Shown: positions 58,596 through 64,000 of the stretch, piece after piece
Numbering within the stretch: the first letter of the stretch is position 1
Layout of the letters: each line of letters starts with the position of its first letter
Source of the DNA: the human T2T-CHM13v2.0 reference genome, Homo sapiens
NCBI RefSeq assembly: GCF_009914755.1
Contig: NC_060931.1
Strand: one strand, 5' to 3'
DNA length: 64,000 bases
Made by a program: the position numbers and the translations under genes
Notes under the pieces: generated by a model
What the model saw: the letters and a program-made list of their open reading frames with translations, nothing else
Told to the model about the DNA's origin: nothing
The model's database searches: none

Positions 58596-61500
58596 AAGGT
58601 GCAAAAATAGGCAAATTATTAAATAAACTGTGATATATCCATAGGGTAAAATATTTGCAGTCATTAAAATATCTGTGAATGTGCCAAAATAGTCACAAAA
58701 TTACCACTAGTGAGCTTGGGTGACAGATAGGTGAGGTTATATGTGATTGTTAATTTATGTATGTATATTTATAATATAAATAAAATATAAATATTAATAT
58801 ACTAATAAACCTAACTTAGCTAGGTTTGACAGGTAAAATTGATGTAATAGTCAGAAATGAATAAAATATCAGAGAGCAAGAAAAGAACATTCATTCCATT
58901 GTGTATAGCCTTTTATATTGAAGTAGATTCTCCCAGACAATTATAGATTATTTGGGCAATAATTTAGACAAAACTTATGAGTTGCAATCATGTTTTCTAT
59001 TTTTTTATTTACATGAGCAATATTCAATCAATTTTCAAAGGGTATGTGAGAATTCAGCTGTAAAAATAATGATGGTCAAAAAGGAGGCAACATCCGTTTT
59101 AGGTAAATCGTTTGGCTTGCAATGAATAAAAGACAACTTAATGAAAGTATTTCCTAGACACTTGATTTTGTTTAATTCCTCTAACCTAACACTCAGTCAA
59201 GCAAAAGCACTACTAATCAACATCAATTTATGTATGTCTTCTTCTCTTCCCTTTCCCTTTCTGTTCTCCTCTCTCCCCTTGTGTTTCAACTCAGGAAGAG
59301 ACAGCATTGCTGCAAAAGAATCATGTGATTTCTGGCAATTGGAAAGATGCCACAGATGGTAAATGTAATTCCATACTCAAGAGAGTAAAATGATCAATAT
59401 TGTCTACGTACATAATTTCTTCTTTCTCCTTTGTGCTCACATTAATTACAATACTTTATTACTTCCTATATTCTTTTTTTTTTTCTTTCTCCTGGACCCA
59501 TCGCTACCTCTCCTTCTAGGCTAGCAGCTCACATATTCTTCTTTCCTTTATTCTTGGTTCCAGTACCAACCAGCTGTCACAAAATAATCATACCTTGGAT
59601 CAGGAGCCATTTCTAAAGTCTTTACCAGGCTACACAGAATTCCAAACTAATAATATGTCACTGGTCATATTCACTGCAAGCCTAATGCCTTACTGAGCTA
59701 CGGAAGATGTTCCCATCCACAGAAAAACAGTATTTTAGTAAATACATATGCAAATTCAATAATATAATGGTATAAGTATAATAATCTGCCTGTTTAAGAG
59801 TTTCTAGTCAAAAAGGAATGAAAATATCAGAAAAGCCCTAGTGCTGTATTATTTAGTAAATAACATCTAAGTGGAAAGAAATATTGATGAATCTACCGAA
59901 GTGTCTGCTAATTCCACGTAATAGGTAATGCATAAAAAAAAAAAAATCCCACAACCCAGTTAATTAGGAGGTTTGTCTAGTATCTTCGGATCCTCAAATA
60001 TTTACATATTCACCCACTACTTTAATTAAACATGTTTACCAGTGTCACTTGCTACACTCTGCTTTATTTCTTAGCTCATATTTGCACTTTGAGGTTAGCA
60101 CTGTTTGTCAAGAACCATAATTTTAAAATTTTAATCAGGATTCACACCCTTTGCTTGATAAGGATCATATTACATAAGCAGGGTTATTAAATGGAGTCAG
60201 CCTACCACAATCCCTTTCATTCATACTCTGGAGAGTTGAGAGTCTTGTTGTAAAGGAGGCATACTCTCCATCAAAAGCAGCATCAGCTGAATCAAGCACC
60301 AACTGTGCAGGCTGCTGAATGAAGTATAATAGTGGTAATTATGTGTCCAGCTATCTGAAAACTTGTGAGGATCAGCATTTAATCAATGTAAAGTCCATCA
60401 ATGTGATAAACAAAGAAAACCTTTGTGAAACTAGATTGCCTCTTTGATCTGAAAGCAGAAAATCCAAATTGAGAATATGAGAAATCCAAATTCTTTCAGT
60501 AAATTGTTTCTCAGATAAACGAACCACAAGTGGACTTGAAAGAAAAGCAAATGTTTTTCCCTTGAATATATATGTACATTTCTATAAAGGAACATAAGAT
60601 ACATACTAAAAAGGGAAAAGCTACATTCTTACTTTCGTAACTGAATTGGCGTTGCCTTCAAGTCATGTAATTTATTTTGCTACTATTCTGTCACATTAAG
60701 TTGTGCTCATGGCTACAAGTCTCTAAGAATGAGACTATTTTTCAACTAGTCTTTCTTTTTTGGTCACTGTCTAGCCTTTTATTGGTCAAAGCCTACCTTT
60801 CTAAGTCTGCCTTCCCATCAATTGAAGTCAACTTCTCTTGTATATCTCTGCACCCATTTGCAACCAGAAGGTATAAAAATATTATAAAAGTCTAAATGTT
60901 ATAAGTATAGTGTGGTAATTATGCCTTAATGCATTTCCCAAAGTATCTACTAATTCCAAGTATTAAGTATGTAGAAAAGCACATCTTGGACTGAGGGATT
61001 TAAAGGTCTCTAACATTGTCACCCTGTCTAACTATGACATATTCAGGTTCTCACCCATATCTCCTTCTGTCCAATTTCCCACAGTGGAAATCTTTTTACT
61101 GTAAGACCTGGATGACCAAGGAGCAAGTTTACACCTGCTGGGCTTTCTTCAGGAATTGAGTTCTATGTGCTCCATGTCCCCTGTGCCCTTGATTCTAATT
61201 ACCACTGATTTATTTTTGCTTTATACTGTCTTTAGTTATCATGCTTTGCCTGCCAAACTTAACGATGTTTTTGTCTACAACCCTACTAAATCCTCAAGAC
61301 AGAGCTAATTCTAAGTTCACATACAGAGCTGGTTCTAGGTTCTAGTACCCCCTTCTCATTCAATCTTGCCATATTGAATTCAATTTTGCTCAATAAATGA
61401 CTGCCTTTAATTCCCATTAACACTTTCTTCAGAATAAAGTCACTTCCTCTCATCAATCGCTGGGTTTTCTGAAAGTTATATAACAAAACTATTAAAGCAT

Positions 61501-63894
61501 AATTTTATTTTGGCCAGGCCAATAAAGACCAATCTTGAAGAGATTACTAAAATTACTCCCTGATTTAGGGCATGTCTTCAACTGTGTACCTGCAATTTGT
61601 TTAGATTTTTCTCACACAAGACAATACGAATAAATTTAACTATACCATAAATGTATCAATTTGGTAAATCTCTGTTCCTAAATCCATAACATGTGCCACA
61701 TTGTCAAACTGCTGTTTATTTTACTATGAGGCAGCTGATATTCACAACTTCATGAGAAAAAAGTACTATAAAATAAAGCTTCTAATTTTTTAAAATGATT
61801 AATCACAGAGAAAGATATTCATCAGGGAAAGATGTTTAAAATGTTATTGGAATTCAGGTGTTTCCATTCCAGGTGTCATCTTACAGTTTTTCTCTAGAAC
61901 AAAAGGCAAGTAGATAGAGGCACCACATCTTGGATAAACAAGAGATGAATGAGGAACTAGGGAAAATATACCCAGATCTCACCAATCTCCACAGAGAAGA
62001 GATTCCTTTCTCCAGAGTGACCTCAAAAATTCATTCTAATCAAGAGACTAATGTTATCCTTACTGTGAATGCTTAGCAAATTAAATTATTTCACTCTTCA
62101 CTGAATAAATACAGTGATTCCCAAAAACTTTAAGTAAATGTGTTGGAAATGAATTATTGATGAGATCTCATAAATACCAACTTAATGATGTGTAATTGCT
62201 TAATTTAGAACATTTACCTGGTTAATACAATAAAGCTCCTTATATTTTAAATTTTTCTAGTCATTCTATTCAATTTTCTTTGACAATAAAGGTGTTATGG
62301 AACTTCTGCCTAATTCAAACCCACAAATACAGTGTAGGCCACAGTTTTCATGCTGAGTGAGCATAGGAAGAGGCCCTTTATTTTCTATCAACATGTGTGA
62401 TGAATTAGCCATTTGGCCCATAAACATAATCCACATTTGCTAGAAAATCTAAGTAGACAAGCTTGATTACATCTGAGGCTTAAACCTCAAGCCGAGTGGG
62501 CACTAACATATCCATTTGCAATTTATAAGAGATATGAAGATATATATCAGCTTTCTTTGTCTTAAAAATGTTCTGCCTTCTGATACAGACCTTAAAAAAT
62601 ACTGATCAAGTTGGGCTTTCCTCATATTAAAAGACCAAATACAAAAAGCAATTTTTATAATATTGGAAAGCATTTTTCATGTTCATTAACAAGTAACATG
62701 TGTGATAATTCATTTGCATATATATATATCTGCTTAGAATATGAACCATAATTAATTTGCTTATATATATGTGCTTAGAATATACCATTACTTAATGTTA
62801 TTTGGTATGCTGAGAATTCAAAATTTAAAAGCATCAATTAAAAGAGTAAAAATTTTATTGAACAAATAGAAACTTAAGTAACTTTATCTTTGGGCCAGAG
62901 AGTAAAATAAGTTAAATACATAATGTCATATAAAGTTTTTCTTAAAACATATTTTTATTAGGACTATTTTTAAATGTTTTTTCTCTAAAAAGACTTTCTG
63001 AAAGCCGAAAATAGTTTCTAGTTAATGTTTACCATCCATAAGTAACACAGGATCTTAGAATAACAATCTTTTTTAATAACTATTGTTTTTATAAATTAAT
63101 ACATTACAAAAAAATCAAGCAATTTTAAAAATGAAGACCATAAAATGTTTCTTTCTATCAGTTCTTTTTAGTAATAACTTTAGTGTTTTGTAAGTTAACC
63201 CATACTGATTGGATAAAAACCCAGGGAACAGTGTAAAATATTTCTCTTGTGTTTTGATAGCATTTTCTAGAAAAGTACTTTTATGTTTCTGTTTCTCAAG
63301 CTCTTTCCCACTGGCTCTTCTCTACCCTGCCCACTGCTCTCTCCTTCACCATTTTATAGAAATAGAATCACACAATGCATCTTGCTTTGTAAGATTTTTT
63401 ATTCAAAATATTAAGAAACACTTATAATCCCAGATTCACATTTTTATGCTAAATGATTGTTATATATTTGTTTGTAATTTAATTAACTAATAAATTTTGG
63501 ACAGATAATTATTCAAAACATAAGAGTGATTGTCAAATTTTCTCATGCATTTATATACACATACTGGTATGATTATATATTTTATTTAAGTATAAAATTA
63601 AGACAAATGGATCAGAGTCATTGTACATGTTATGTTCAGTTACATATTTATAAATGTTCACACATGAAGGCTGAACAATCTACATGCCCACCAACAGGAG
63701 TTAAAAGGTCACTCTCCTCATACTTTCTCAAAAACTGGATTTGTTCAATATTTTCCATTTCTATCAACTTTAGAAGTTTTACATGTTTTTTGAGAAGATT
63801 GCACAATTATCAAGTATTTTAATTCCTAATGAACTCTCAATACCCTTTATGAAACTTGGGCTAAGTTTCTTTCTCCACTGATATTTTCTTCCCA

Positions 63895-64000
63895 CCTAAT
63901 ATTTATTTGAGCTATTCACATACTATCAAATTCATTCTTTTAAAGTGTGCAATTTAGTGGTCGTTAGTGTTTTCACATGACTGGTCAGTCATCGGCACTA
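63895..64000 (-). mobile_element. L1MB/ME 3' end running off the window
   Basis: TTCACATACTATCAAATTCATTCTTTTAAAGTGTGCAATTTAGTGG. Confidence 0.6.

Noticed and set aside
62705-62795. Imperfect ~45-bp duplication (similar one at ~10840-10912)
   Set aside because: Ordinary slippage duplication in AT-rich DNA with no further structure

Overview
AT-rich primate genomic DNA, most likely human or another hominoid (it carries AluY-type, young L1PA and LTR7/HERV-H elements). I found no host protein-coding exon, tRNA/rRNA or CRISPR feature that I can support. Most of the window is nested transposable elements. These include a full-length THE1A MaLR (2717-4999), a twin-primed young L1PA inside a MER50-like LTR inside an L1MA (6095-10195), and a full-length L1PA4-like element with a 15-bp TSD and an open antisense ORF0 (15866-22049). 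Further along are an LTR16/ERVL remnant, a 6.5-kb two-LTR HERV-H provirus (41287-47807, minus strand) inside an old L1PA, and two more independent LTR7-family solo LTRs nested in LTR9 and MSTA-int. All long ORFs are L1 ORF1/ORF2, HERV-H gag/pro/pol or MaLR-internal remnants. I cannot support a new biological system. The best leads are three HERV-H-family integrations within 13.4 kb, an in-frame 63-bp duplication of the RNase H C-terminal helix in a 585-codon HERV-H pol frame, a lesion in a SOX-type motif in the 5' LTR only, the open L1 ORF0, and a cluster of intact DUX4 motifs. Subfamily names come from recalled consensus sequences, not a RepeatMasker run. Boundaries of old elements are approximate.
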